From NCBI GenBank assembly GCA_035462175.1, contig DATHUP010000025.1:12447-76446 (forward strand): a stretch of DNA of 64,000 nucleotides, read 5' to 3'. The notes beneath the pieces were generated by a model. That model saw only the letters and a program-made list of their open reading frames with translations, searched no databases and was not told the DNA's origin. The number at the start of each line of letters is the position of its first letter. The first letter of the stretch is position 1. A program made the translations under genes and the position numbers. The DNA comes from Acidimicrobiia bacterium (GTDB taxonomy: Bacteria; Actinomycetota; Acidimicrobiia; Spongiisociales; ZC4RG35). Shown here piece by piece: positions 18,994 to 27,975 of this stretch.

Positions 18994-19626
18994 GTGCCCA
19001 CGGAGTTCTGGTCGTTCGTCGCGGTGGCCACTGTCATCGTGATCGTGCCCGGGGCGGACATGGCGCTGGTGGCTCGGAACACCCTCAAAGGAGGCCGGTC
19101 CGCCGGGCGAAGGACCGCCACCGGCACGCTTCTCGGTCTCGGCGTCCATGCCGGCGCGGCGTTGATAGGGCTATCTGTTGTGATCGCGGCTTCGGCGACC
19201 GCGTTCAACGCGGTCAGACTGGTCGGCGCCGCATACCTGGTTTGGTTGGGATTGCAGACACTGTGGAGGGCCCGCAATCGGCCGCCCGGGGTGATCCCCG
19301 ATGAGCCCGACACGAAGTCGTCGCCCCGTCATGCTCCCCTCGTGCAGGGCATCCTCACCAACGTCTTGAACCCGAAACTGTCCGTGTTCTTTCTGTCGTT
19401 CCTACCTCAGTTCGTCGATGGTTCCAGGCCCGCCACCCCCCAGATCCTGGTGCTGACCGGAACCTTCATCGCATTGGGGGCGATCTGGCTCGGCACCTAT
19501 GTCGTCGCCGTCGACCAGCTATCAGGCGTGCTGACCCGACCAGTGGTGAAGCGCTGGCTCGACCGCGTCATCGGCACCACCCTCGTCGGGGTCGGCATTC
19601 GTCTGGCCGTTGCCAGAACCGACTGA
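18994..19626 (+). CDS. LysE/RhtB-family amino-acid exporter
   Basis: 210 aa. FVAVATVIVIVPGADMALV..NPKLSVFFLSFLPQF matches the LysE family. Confidence 0.8.
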   Translation: MPTEFWSFVAVATVIVIVPGADMALVARNTLKGGRSAGRRTATGTLLGLGVHAGAALIGLSVVIAASATAFNAVRLVGAAYLVWLGLQTLWRARNRPPGVIPDEPDTKSSPRHAPLVQGILTNVLNPKLSVFFLSFLPQFVDGSRPATPQILVLTGTFIALGAIWLGTYVVAVDQLSGVLTRPVVKRWLDRVIGTTLVGVGIRLAVARTD

Positions 19627-19860
19627 GCCGGCACCCGCTTCAATCGTCTCCGCCGGTGTCCGGCCCGGGGGGAGAAGAGGTCGGGATGGCACCGGGGTCT
19701 TCGCCCCCGATGTCGAGTCGAAAACGCTGGGGACTCTCTCGCATCAGCGCGGTGTAGGCCCAGACCCGGTACACCTAACGGTTGAGCCACCGCTTCACCA
19801 GCAACAAGCCCCGGGACAGCTGCTCCGGCTAGGCGACGTTGAGCCGAGCCGGGTGGTCGA

Positions 19861-20559
19861 TCAGGCGGTGTGGAGGAGTCGGTCCAGACCGTCGAGAAGC
19901 AGGTCGAGGCTGAACTCGAACTCGGCCTGGTCGTCGCACCAGCCGAGAGTGGAGTCGGGGTCGTCGTGGCTGATCTCCATCAGCATCCCGGTGAGATAGG
20001 GAAGCTGCTCGGCGAACTGCTCGAGCATCTCACCGGATTGGTCGGGCTCGTCGTTGCCCGGGTTGAACAACTCCTGGCTGAAGCCCAGGGCCTTGCTCCC
20101 CAACGCATGCATGGCGTGATGAGCCAGGTCGTAGGAGAAGCCCCCTTCTCGGAAGATCCCGAGCAGACCCTCGAAGTAGAGCATGATCGCCGGGCTCATG
20201 TTGGTGCGCTGCTCGATCACATCGGGCGCCCAGGGATGGGCCAGCATCACATCACGTGCGGCCAGGATCCGCATTCGCATCGCCGACTTCCAGTCGTCCT
20301 CGGGGGTGGGTCCGTCGATCGAGTCCACCACCTCGTTGATCTCGCTGACGATCACGTCGACCACGCCGTCGAGCACCGCCTCCTTGTTGGCCACGTGGTA
20401 GTAGAGCGACATGGCCTCGACTCCCACCTCGTGAGCGAGGTTGCGCATGGTGAGCGACTCGAGCCCGGCTCTGTCGGCGAGCTCGACCGCGGCGCGCAAC
20501 ACCCGCTCTTTGCTCAGGGGTATCCGGGACTCGGTCCTCCGCTCGGTTTCCGTGGCCAT
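19861..20559 (-). CDS. TetR-family transcriptional regulator
   Basis: SKERVLRAAVELADRAGLESLTMRNLAHEVGVEAMSLYYHVANKEAVL is the TetR HTH. ATG 20559 is preferred over the track TTG at 20565. Confidence 0.85.
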   Translation of the reverse strand: MATETERRTESRIPLSKERVLRAAVELADRAGLESLTMRNLAHEVGVEAMSLYYHVANKEAVLDGVVDVIVSEINEVVDSIDGPTPEDDWKSAMRMRILAARDVMLAHPWAPDVIEQRTNMSPAIMLYFEGLLGIFREGGFSYDLAHHAMHALGSKALGFSQELFNPGNDEPDQSGEMLEQFAEQLPYLTGMLMEISHDDPDSTLGWCDDQAEFEFSLDLLLDGLDRLLHTA

Positions 20560-20585
20560 GTTCAAACCACCTCGGCCTCATCTTA

Positions 20586-20656
20586 TCGTACGAGGTAAGG
20601 GCTTGACAGCCTTACGTTGTATAAGTACCTTACGCCATACGACTTACAGCGTACGA
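20586..20656 (+). promoter_or_regulatory. TetR/oxidoreductase intergenic promoter with three copies of a 15-bp motif CCTTAC-NN-CRTACGA
   Basis: One inverted copy at 20586-20600 (TCGTACGAGGTAAGG) and two tandem direct copies at 20628-20642 and 20642-20656. TTGACA lies at 20603-20608, and TACCTT lies 17 nt downstream. Confidence 0.45.
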
Positions 20657-20670
20657 AGGAGATGGAGAGG

Positions 20671-21705
20671 ATGCCTGAAGCCAAGCGACTCGATGGGGAT
20701 GGTGTTGGTGCGGGCCTAGCCGCAAACGATCAGACGGACAGGATGAAGGCGATCGTCTATCACCGGTATGGATCGCCCGAGGTCCTCGAGTTGCAGGAAG
20801 TCGCCAAGCCGGTGGTCGAGGACGACGGGGTCCTGATCCGGGTCCGCGCTGCTTCGATCAATCCGTACGAGTGGCACTACATGAGAGGCGAGCCCTATCT
20901 CGCCCGGCTCCAAATGGGTCTGAAACCGAAGACCGGCCGCCTCGGAGTGGATGTTGCGGGCATGGTCGAGGCGGTGGGAAGAAACGTCACCCTGCTCCAG
21001 CCCGGCGCCGAGGTTTTCGGCACCTGCGACGGCGCGTTGGCCGAGTACGCGGTCGGAAGCGAGTCCTCGCTGGTGTCGAAGCCGGCCAACGTGAGTTTCG
21101 AGCAAGCAGGTGCGGCGGGCATCGCCGCTTTCACTGCGATTCAGGGTCTCCGCGATTTCGGGCAGGTAGAGGCCGGACAAAAGGTCTTGATCAACGGTGC
21201 AGCGGGAGGGGTGGGGACCTTTGCCGTGCAATTGGCCAAGACGTGGGGGGCCGAGGTCACCGGAGTGTGCAGCACCCGCAACGTCGACATGGTCCGATCG
21301 ATCGGAGCCGACCATGTCATCGACTACACCCGAGAAGACTTCACGCTCGGCGCCAAGCGATATGACTTGATGCTCGACCTGATTGGCAATCACTCACTGA
21401 CGAGCTGCCGGCGTGCCCTGACCTCTAGTGGGACCTTCGTCATGCTCGGTGGGCAGAGCGGTCGGTGGATCAGACCCATGGACCGGGTCTTCAAGACGCT
21501 GCTCTTTTCACCGTTCGTGAGCCAGAGACTGGTTCTGGGCAGGGCGGTCTGGAGCAGGGACGACCTTCTGGTCATGCAAGAGCTGCTGGCGACCGGGCTG
21601 GTCGCCACCGTGATCGACCGCACCTACCCGCTGAGCCAGGTTCCCGAGGCAATTCGCTATCTGGAAGAGGGGCACGCCCGGGGCAAGGTGGTCATCACCG
21701 TCTGA
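20671..21705 (+). CDS. MDR-superfamily quinone oxidoreductase / alcohol dehydrogenase-like protein (paralogue 1)
   Basis: MKAIVYHRYGSPEVLEL.., GAAGGVGTFAVQLAKTWGAEVTGVCS, GHARGKVVITV. The start is ambiguous: ATG 20671 follows a GAAGGAG SD, while ATG 20743 gives the canonical N-terminus. Confidence 0.8.
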   Translation: MPEAKRLDGDGVGAGLAANDQTDRMKAIVYHRYGSPEVLELQEVAKPVVEDDGVLIRVRAASINPYEWHYMRGEPYLARLQMGLKPKTGRLGVDVAGMVEAVGRNVTLLQPGAEVFGTCDGALAEYAVGSESSLVSKPANVSFEQAGAAGIAAFTAIQGLRDFGQVEAGQKVLINGAAGGVGTFAVQLAKTWGAEVTGVCSTRNVDMVRSIGADHVIDYTREDFTLGAKRYDLMLDLIGNHSLTSCRRALTSSGTFVMLGGQSGRWIRPMDRVFKTLLFSPFVSQRLVLGRAVWSRDDLLVMQELLATGLVATVIDRTYPLSQVPEAIRYLEEGHARGKVVITV

Positions 21706-21736
21706 GGCGTCGAAGACGCGGAATGAGAGGAACACA

Positions 21737-22780
21737 GTGGAACTGTCGGAAGAGTCGAAGACTGGGTCGCCCATCACCTCCCCGATCGGCAACGGAATCG
21801 ACCGTCACCCAATGATGCGGGCCATCGTCCAGGATCGTTACGGGCCACCCGAGGACGTCCTGAGGCTGGATTTGATCGACAGGCCGGTGCCGGGCGACGG
21901 GGAGGTGCTGGTGCGGGTTCGGGCGGCCGTGGTCGGAGGGACCGACTGGCACCTGCTTAGGGGATTGCCCTACGCCGCCCGTCTCGTGACCGGTCTGCGC
22001 AAACCGAAGAACACGGTGCCCGGGCTCGAGTTGGCGGGAACAGTCGAGGCGGTGGGCAAGGACGTCGAGTCGCTGGAAGAAGGCGCCGAGGTGTTCGGCT
22101 GGTGCGACGGATCCTTCGCCGAGTACGCCGCGGTGCCCGAGGACCAGTTGTTGCCCAAGCCGGCCAGCCTTACGTTCGCACGGGCCGCGGTCGTGCCGAT
22201 CGCTGCCTTCACCGCGTTGCAGGGTGTTGGCCTGGGGCGCATCCAACCCAGGCAGAAGGTCCTGATCACGGGTGCGTCGGGAGGGGTCGGCTTCTACGCG
22301 GTGCAGATCGCCAAGCTGTATGGGGCGGAAGTCACCGGCGTGTGCAGCACGCCGAAGATGGACCTGGTCCGCTCGCTCGGCGCCGACCACGTCATCGACT
22401 ACACCGAGGAGCACTTCACCCAGAGCGGCGAGCGCTACGACGTCCTCATCGACCTCTACGGGAACCCGTCGCTGTCCGACTGCCGACGGGCACTCAAACC
22501 TCGAGGGACACTGGTGCTCATCGGGGGAACCGGTGGCAAGTGGTTCATGGGCGTCGACCGCTGGATGCGCAGAATGCTGATCGCCCCGTTCCTGCGTCTC
22601 AAAGTCCGGCCCCTCATCCACAAGGACAGCCGGCAAGACCTGGCGACGATCAGGGAGCTGATCGAAGGCGGCAAGCTCGCACCTGTGGTGGACCGGGCGT
22701 TCCCGCTGGCGAGCGTGGCCGAGGCCGTCCAATTCGTCAGAGAAGGCCGTGCCCACGGGCAGGTCTCGATCACCATCTAG
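21737..22780 (+). CDS. MDR-superfamily quinone oxidoreductase / alcohol dehydrogenase-like protein (paralogue 2)
   Basis: MRAIVQDRYGPPEDVL.., GASGGVGFYAVQIAKLYGAEVTGVCS, GRAHGQVSITI. GTG 21737 has a GAGAGGAA SD. An alternative ATG is at 21812. Confidence 0.8.
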   Translation: MELSEESKTGSPITSPIGNGIDRHPMMRAIVQDRYGPPEDVLRLDLIDRPVPGDGEVLVRVRAAVVGGTDWHLLRGLPYAARLVTGLRKPKNTVPGLELAGTVEAVGKDVESLEEGAEVFGWCDGSFAEYAAVPEDQLLPKPASLTFARAAVVPIAAFTALQGVGLGRIQPRQKVLITGASGGVGFYAVQIAKLYGAEVTGVCSTPKMDLVRSLGADHVIDYTEEHFTQSGERYDVLIDLYGNPSLSDCRRALKPRGTLVLIGGTGGKWFMGVDRWMRRMLIAPFLRLKVRPLIHKDSRQDLATIRELIEGGKLAPVVDRAFPLASVAEAVQFVREGRAHGQVSITI

Positions 22781-22790
22781 CACCATCTAG
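22771..22790. repeat. perfect 10-bp tandem duplication CACCATCTAG x2
   Basis: Seen directly in the sequence. The first copy supplies the TAG stop of the + strand oxidoreductase and the stop of the - strand response regulator. Confidence 0.9.
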
Positions 22791-23307
22791 GCAGACGGAC
22801 AAGGTCGATCCGCGGCAGGGAGAGGTCCATCAACCCGCCTTCGTAGGCCATGACCACTGCTTGGACGCGGTCTCTCGCCTCGAGTTTGGTCAGGACCCTC
22901 TTCACGTGTGTCTTCACCGTGTTCTCCGATATGAAGAGAGTTTCGGCGAGCTCCTCGTTGGAGAGTCCACGCGCCAGCTCGATCAGGACCTCCCGTTCCC
23001 TTTCGGTGAGGTCGGCAAAGCGCGGGTTCTGATGACGTTCCGGCCTCTCCGCAAACTCGACGATGAGTCGCCGGGTCACCGAGGGGGAGAGAAGTGCGTC
23101 GCCGGCCGCCACGGTGCGAATCGCCTCGATCAACTGCTCGGGCGGGCTTCGCTTCAGGATGAAGCCGGAGGCTCCGGCCTGGAGGGCGCTGAACACGTAT
23201 TCGTCGAGCTCGAAGGTGGTGAGGATCAGGACCCTCGGGTCTTCACCGGCCATGGTGATCTGTCTGGTGGCCTCGATCCCGTTCATGACCGGCATCCTCA
23301 CATCCAT
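22777..23307 (-). pseudogene. NarL/LuxR-family response regulator lacking the first 50 aa or so of the receiver domain
   Basis: Homology starts abruptly at MDVRMPVMNGIEATRQI (the phospho-acceptor Asp region) and continues through the LuxR HTH (LTEREREVLIELARGLSNEELAETLFISENTVKTHVKRVLTKL). Upstream residues are antisense to the DHFR-like gene. Confidence 0.65.
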
Positions 23308-23835
23308 GCCCTCGACGGCTTCTTCGAGGGACCGAACCACGAGCTCGACTGGCACGTCGTCGACGACGAGTTGCTCAGCTATTTCAACGACGTGCTGGCG
23401 ACGATGGGTGCGTTTCTCTCCGGAAGGGTCACCTACGAGCTGATGGCCGACGTCTGGCCCACGGCCGACGCCGACCCGGCGAACACGGGACCGATGTTCG
23501 AGTTTGCACCGATCTGGCGGGAGATGCCCAAGATCGTCTACTCCTCCACCCTGGAGCAGGCCGGGTGGAACACCACGATCAAGCGGGATGTCGTCCCTGA
23601 GGAGGTTTTGGAGCTCAAGGCGGAGCCCGGCGGAGACCTGGTGCTCAGCGGGGCAGACGTTGCCACTGCCTTCATCCGCCACGACCTGATCGACGAGTAT
23701 CGGCTGTATGTCCACCCGGTGGTGATCGGTGCGGGCAAACCGACTTTCCCGGGGGGCGCCAGGATCGATCTCCAACTCAGCGAGACCCGGACCTTTGGCA
23801 ACGGGGTCGTCCTTCTCCGTTATCTCACCAACTGA
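23308..23835 (+). pseudogene. dihydrofolate-reductase-family (RibD C-terminal domain) protein lacking its first 9 codons or so and its start
   Basis: ALDGFFEGPNHELDW..YRLYVHPVVIGAGKPTF matches the family from about residue 10 onward. The nearest in-frame start is ATG 23032, deep inside the antisense response-regulator gene. Confidence 0.6.
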
Positions 23836-23856
23836 CGCGGGGCGAGGGGGCGAAGG

Positions 23857-24420
23857 TCAGCGTCTCACGATCGCAAACAGCCAGAGAACGAAGCCGGCGA
23901 TCAGGGAGAGACCTGCGATCGCAAGACCGGCGAGGACACCGGGGAGGGCAATTCGTGAGAAGCTCTCGCCGATCGTGATCTGGCCGGTATCCACGCCGCT
24001 CACCTCGACCTGGTAGGCCCCGATCCCGTCGGCCTCGAAGGAGGCGATTGCCCGTCCCGGGGTGAGATTGGTCGTTTCGTAGATCAGCTCCCCTTCGAAC
24101 GGAGCGACGGTGAGGGTCGCGCCGGCAGGGTCGACGATGCCAATCAACAGGTCGTCGATGACGACGGTCTCGGCTCCCTCGAAGTAGACGACCTGTCGAC
24201 CCGGTTCGCCGACCTGCACGGTCATCGTCCCCGGGACCGGCATCCGGGCGAAGGTGTCGATCTGTTGCTGTGAGTCCTGGTAGCTGGTGATGCCGAAGGC
24301 GGTCCCGGAGACCAGACCGACTGCAGCGACGCCGATCCCCAGCCAGAACCAGGGTCTCGAGGATCGGCCCTGAGTGGGCGGTGCCGAGGTGGCGATTGCG
24401 GGTTGGACGTCGGTTCTCAT
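23857..24420 (-). CDS. hypothetical bitopic membrane protein (N- and C-terminal TM segments)
   Basis: ATG 24420 gives MRTDVQP..PWFWLGIGVAAVGLVSGTAFGI and a C-terminal GVLAGLAIAGLSLIAGFVLWLFAIV. The remainder of track ORF 23857..25023 is non-coding shadow. Confidence 0.5.
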   Translation of the reverse strand: MRTDVQPAIATSAPPTQGRSSRPWFWLGIGVAAVGLVSGTAFGITSYQDSQQQIDTFARMPVPGTMTVQVGEPGRQVVYFEGAETVVIDDLLIGIVDPAGATLTVAPFEGELIYETTNLTPGRAIASFEADGIGAYQVEVSGVDTGQITIGESFSRIALPGVLAGLAIAGLSLIAGFVLWLFAIVRR

Positions 24421-24658
24421 GTGGACATCACCTCTTCGTGTCGACCATCGCGGGCGATCGTCCTCTCGCCGACGCGAACTCGGTTCGAAGGTAGAGCTGG
24501 TCGACTCGAGCTGACCAGGGCCATTGGTCCCCTTGCCGGCACGTCTGTCGGGTAGACCAAAAGAGATGGGACGATCCTCGTGGTCGACGGGGCCTTTCTG
24601 CCCTAGCCGCCGGAGACCGTCTCCATCACGGTTGAGGAAACACGGAACAGGAAGGTTC

Positions 24659-26227
24659 ATGGCTGGCATCAATGTGCAGGTCGAGGCGCCCCGCTCCTCC
24701 GGGGCAGCCAGTGAAGAGGCACCGGCTCCACCGAATGGAAAGGTCGAGGCGATGCTGGACTTCTTCTGGTCGGACTGGCGTGTCTCACTCGCCGTGGTGG
24801 TCGTGCTGGCCGCGGCTGCGGGCCTGCTCGGCGCCTGGCTGACCCCCCGAGGTCCGATAACGACCGCGGAGGCGTTGACTTCGCTGGGGGCAGCCCTATT
24901 CGTCGGTCTGGCCGCGGGGCTGGTGATGGGCAGTCGCTGGAGCATCCTCGCGACACCGGTTGTCTTCGTGGTGGTGTTCGAGCTGGCCCGGATGGGGACT
25001 GTTGGGCCCACGGTGGACGCCATCGACCTGGGCGGCTTCTACGGGATTGTCGCCTTCGTCCTGGGACGGGTCTTCCACGGTTTGCTGGTCCTCGCCCCGA
25101 TGATCCTGGGGTCGATGTACGGGGTGTGGCTGGCCGGCCGTCTCGGCAGCGTCTCCTCGGCGGCAATGGGCGGTCTCGCTTGGACCTTCACCGGAGCGCT
25201 GACTCTGGCAATGATCGTCGTTGCCTTCTCAATCGCCCGTCCCGCCACGACCGCGCCCATCGTCGGCCCCGATGGGGAGACTCTGCCGGGCAGCGTGGCG
25301 GAGCTGGTCACCGTCCCGATCGGAGGGCACGATCAGACGATGTTGATCAGGGGGAGAAGTGCCGACAATCCGGTCCTGCTCTACCTGACCGGGGGCCCGG
25401 GGGGCACCGACATCGGAGCACTCCGCCGCGATGTCACCCTGGAGCAGGACTTCACCGTCGTCGCCTGGGATCAGAGGGGTGCCGGCAAGTCGTACTCGGC
25501 GCTCGATCCGGTCGACACCTTCACCGTCGATTCGCTGGTCGCCGACACCATCGCAGTGACCAACTACTTGCGCGACCGGTTCGACGAAAGCAGGATCTAC
25601 CTCGTCGGGCAGTCCTGGGGATCCACTCTCGGCGTGCTCGCCGTCGAGCAGCATCCCGAGCTCTACCACGCTTTCGTCGGGGTCGGTCAGATGGTCAGCC
25701 AGCGTGAAACAGACATCATGTTCTGGGAGGACGCTCTGGCCTGGGCAGACGAAACGGGGAACACCGGGCTCGCCGAGACGCTGCGTCGCAACGGGCCCCC
25801 GCCCTATCAGGACCTGATGCTCTACGACCCGTTCATCGCCAGCGAGCACGACTGGAACGTCTATCCCGAGTTCGACCCGAACACCGAGATGCCGGCGATC
25901 CTCTTCGTCCCCGAGTACAGCTGGATGGATCGGATCAACGCCTTCAAGGGCTTCCTCGACACCGCCGGGACGCTGTACCCACAACTACAGGACCTCGACT
26001 TTCGTCGGGATGTCACACTGCTCGAAGTGCCGGTCTACATGGTCCTCGGCGAGCACGAGGCGAGGGGCCGCGCCGTGATCGCACGGGAGTGGTTCGAGCT
26101 CCTCGAGGCGCCGTACAAGGAGGGCATCGTCTTCGAAGGCGCCGGGCATCGTGCCCACTTCGACCAGCCGGGCAGATTCTCCCGGGTCATGACCGATATT
26201 CTCGAAGACACGTTCACTCGAGGCTGA
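24659..26227 (+). CDS. membrane-anchored alpha/beta hydrolase (proline-iminopeptidase-like)
   Basis: GGAAGG SD followed by ATG 24659. About 6 N-terminal TM segments, then LLYLTGGPGG, WDQRGAGKS and the nucleophile elbow GQSWGSTLG. Confidence 0.7.
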   Translation: MAGINVQVEAPRSSGAASEEAPAPPNGKVEAMLDFFWSDWRVSLAVVVVLAAAAGLLGAWLTPRGPITTAEALTSLGAALFVGLAAGLVMGSRWSILATPVVFVVVFELARMGTVGPTVDAIDLGGFYGIVAFVLGRVFHGLLVLAPMILGSMYGVWLAGRLGSVSSAAMGGLAWTFTGALTLAMIVVAFSIARPATTAPIVGPDGETLPGSVAELVTVPIGGHDQTMLIRGRSADNPVLLYLTGGPGGTDIGALRRDVTLEQDFTVVAWDQRGAGKSYSALDPVDTFTVDSLVADTIAVTNYLRDRFDESRIYLVGQSWGSTLGVLAVEQHPELYHAFVGVGQMVSQRETDIMFWEDALAWADETGNTGLAETLRRNGPPPYQDLMLYDPFIASEHDWNVYPEFDPNTEMPAILFVPEYSWMDRINAFKGFLDTAGTLYPQLQDLDFRRDVTLLEVPVYMVLGEHEARGRAVIAREWFELLEAPYKEGIVFEGAGHRAHFDQPGRFSRVMTDILEDTFTRG

Positions 26228-26245
26228 ATCCGGCCATACCGGCGA

Positions 26246-26698
26246 TCACTCTCCCTGCAGATCGGCGATCAGTGCCTTCATCTCGTCGATCTCTCGACGC
26301 TGGGATTCGATGATCTCATCGGCGAGCTCTCTGACTCTCGGGTCCGAGATCTCGGCCCTTTCGCTGGTCAGGATGGCGATCGAGTGGTGAGGGATCATGG
26401 CCCTCATGTATGAAACGTCCTGGACCGTCTCCTGGCTTCTCGCCAGGAACAACCCCCCGGCGACGACCACCGCGGCCCCGATGACGATGCCCACATTGGT
26501 CTTGTTGTTCGGGTACATCTTCCACATGAACCCCAACATCACGATCGCCATGACGGCCCCCATGTACAGCGCCATGTAGGACCTGGTCTCGCTCCATGTC
26601 ACGTGATCGAGCGCATAGACCGTGGAGTACATCAGACCGAACATGATCACGGTTGCCGTTCCGATCATGGCCGCGAAACGGCCGTAGGACATCTTCAT
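26246..26698 (-). CDS. DUF305-family protein with an N-terminal membrane domain
   Basis: MKMSYGRFAAMIGTATVIMFGL.. gives three TM segments. This is followed by MIPHHSIAILTSERAEISDPRVRELADEIIESQRREIDEMK, with the DUF305 HH motif. Confidence 0.7.
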   Translation of the reverse strand: MKMSYGRFAAMIGTATVIMFGLMYSTVYALDHVTWSETRSYMALYMGAVMAIVMLGFMWKMYPNNKTNVGIVIGAAVVVAGGLFLARSQETVQDVSYMRAMIPHHSIAILTSERAEISDPRVRELADEIIESQRREIDEMKALIADLQGE

Positions 26699-26789
26699 GG
26701 TTTCCCTTTCGTCAGCTCTCCCTGGCCCCATACCCTGATGTCCGCGCGGGCACACATCCGAGACCGGCCACGTACCGGCCTCGACCTCG

Positions 26790-27920
26790 CTAGAAGCGGG
26801 TGATGGCGACGAAGACGTGACCGTCGACCGGTGTCTCCGTGGTGGCTACCGGTGCGCCGGTGAGCATCGCGTGAACGGCAAGGCGGTCGAGGAGATCGAC
26901 GTCGAAGACCTCTTGTTCGTCGTGAAAGGTCACGTCGAGGTTGGAGGGGTCGAACCGGCCCCAGATCGGAGAGGCCTCCCGATGGATCAACAGGCGAGAC
27001 ACCCGGCCGGACACGGCCGCGATGAGACCTTCGGTGAGTTCGGTGATGGCGTTCCCGGTTCCGAGTTGCTCGCGAGCTAGCCCCAAATGCGTTCCGTGCT
27101 CCACGGCTTCGTGGTCCTCAACCACCTCGGCCGCCTTCTCTTGGACCTCCCTGACGTCGTCGACGTCGCCGATTCCGCTGTTCGGGGGAGAGATCATCTC
27201 GTGGTCATGGACGTTCTCGAAGTGGGCCACGAGATTGTCGTCGCCTAGCACGACCAGAGGCCGCAGGGGATCGGCTTCGGGCAGCCCGGCGCTGACTGCG
27301 CGCAGGAACCGATCCAGATCCTCGCCCTCGGAGGCCGACGGATCGTGGCCGTGGCGGGATCGTTTCGAACCGGCGCGGTCGGCATGTTGCTGACGTTGCT
27401 TCTCACGATCGACGAACCAGTTGACATCGTCTACGGACTTGGGCAGATCGGCGTCCACCGGGTAGGCGTCATGGCTGGATGCCGAATACAGCCGCACGCC
27501 GTGTCGGGTGAGGACCAAGACCGGGAGCCGGGTTGGCTCGATCGAGGGGATGGTGGGACGGAGATGGAAAGATGCCGCCAGGACTGCGCGTTTCTCGACC
27601 GGACCGGTCAGCGCCACCGGCGTCGGCTCGCCCTCGTCGTCGATGAGGACGGCGAGCCCAGGTCTCTGGTGCTCCCAGAATTCCTGGTCGTCGAGAAGAG
27701 CGTGGGCCACCTCGAGACGCTCTTCTCTCACCCGGGGCTTCCAGCCGACATCCTCCAGCCACCTGTCAACCTGGGCGATTCCGTTCTTCAGCAAGATCCG
27801 GCTCTGATCGATCTCGGCCCCCCTGACAGGGGTGGGCAGGTATATCGAGATCAATGCCTCGCCGCTCGCCGCGGCGAGGCGATCGAAGAGCTCGCGGTCG
27901 GGTTGGGTTGGTCTAGTCAC
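26790..27920 (-). CDS. bacterial archaeo-eukaryotic release-factor-like protein (baeRF3/baeRF7-like, eRF1/Pelota-related)
   Basis: 376 aa. ISIYLPTPVRGAEIDQSRILLKNGI..LLDDQEFWEHQRPGLAVLI..VLVLTRHGVRLY matches my recollection of baeRF-family N-terminal and central regions. Confidence 0.55.
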   Translation of the reverse strand: MTRPTQPDRELFDRLAAASGEALISIYLPTPVRGAEIDQSRILLKNGIAQVDRWLEDVGWKPRVREERLEVAHALLDDQEFWEHQRPGLAVLIDDEGEPTPVALTGPVEKRAVLAASFHLRPTIPSIEPTRLPVLVLTRHGVRLYSASSHDAYPVDADLPKSVDDVNWFVDREKQRQQHADRAGSKRSRHGHDPSASEGEDLDRFLRAVSAGLPEADPLRPLVVLGDDNLVAHFENVHDHEMISPPNSGIGDVDDVREVQEKAAEVVEDHEAVEHGTHLGLAREQLGTGNAITELTEGLIAAVSGRVSRLLIHREASPIWGRFDPSNLDVTFHDEQEVFDVDLLDRLAVHAMLTGAPVATTETPVDGHVFVAITRF

Positions 27921-27975
27921 TGCTCATGGGTACCCAGCGGGTCGCCGTTGATACCAAGTGAGTCACCCCCGTCGA

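Noticed and set aside
19640-19860. Minus-strand frame downstream of tetR reading DHPARLNVA*PEQLSRGLLLVKRWLNR*VYRVWAYTALMRESPQRFRLDIGGEDPG
   Set aside because: It looks protein-like but has two in-frame stops and I recognise no family. It may be a degraded gene remnant, but the evidence is too weak to call.
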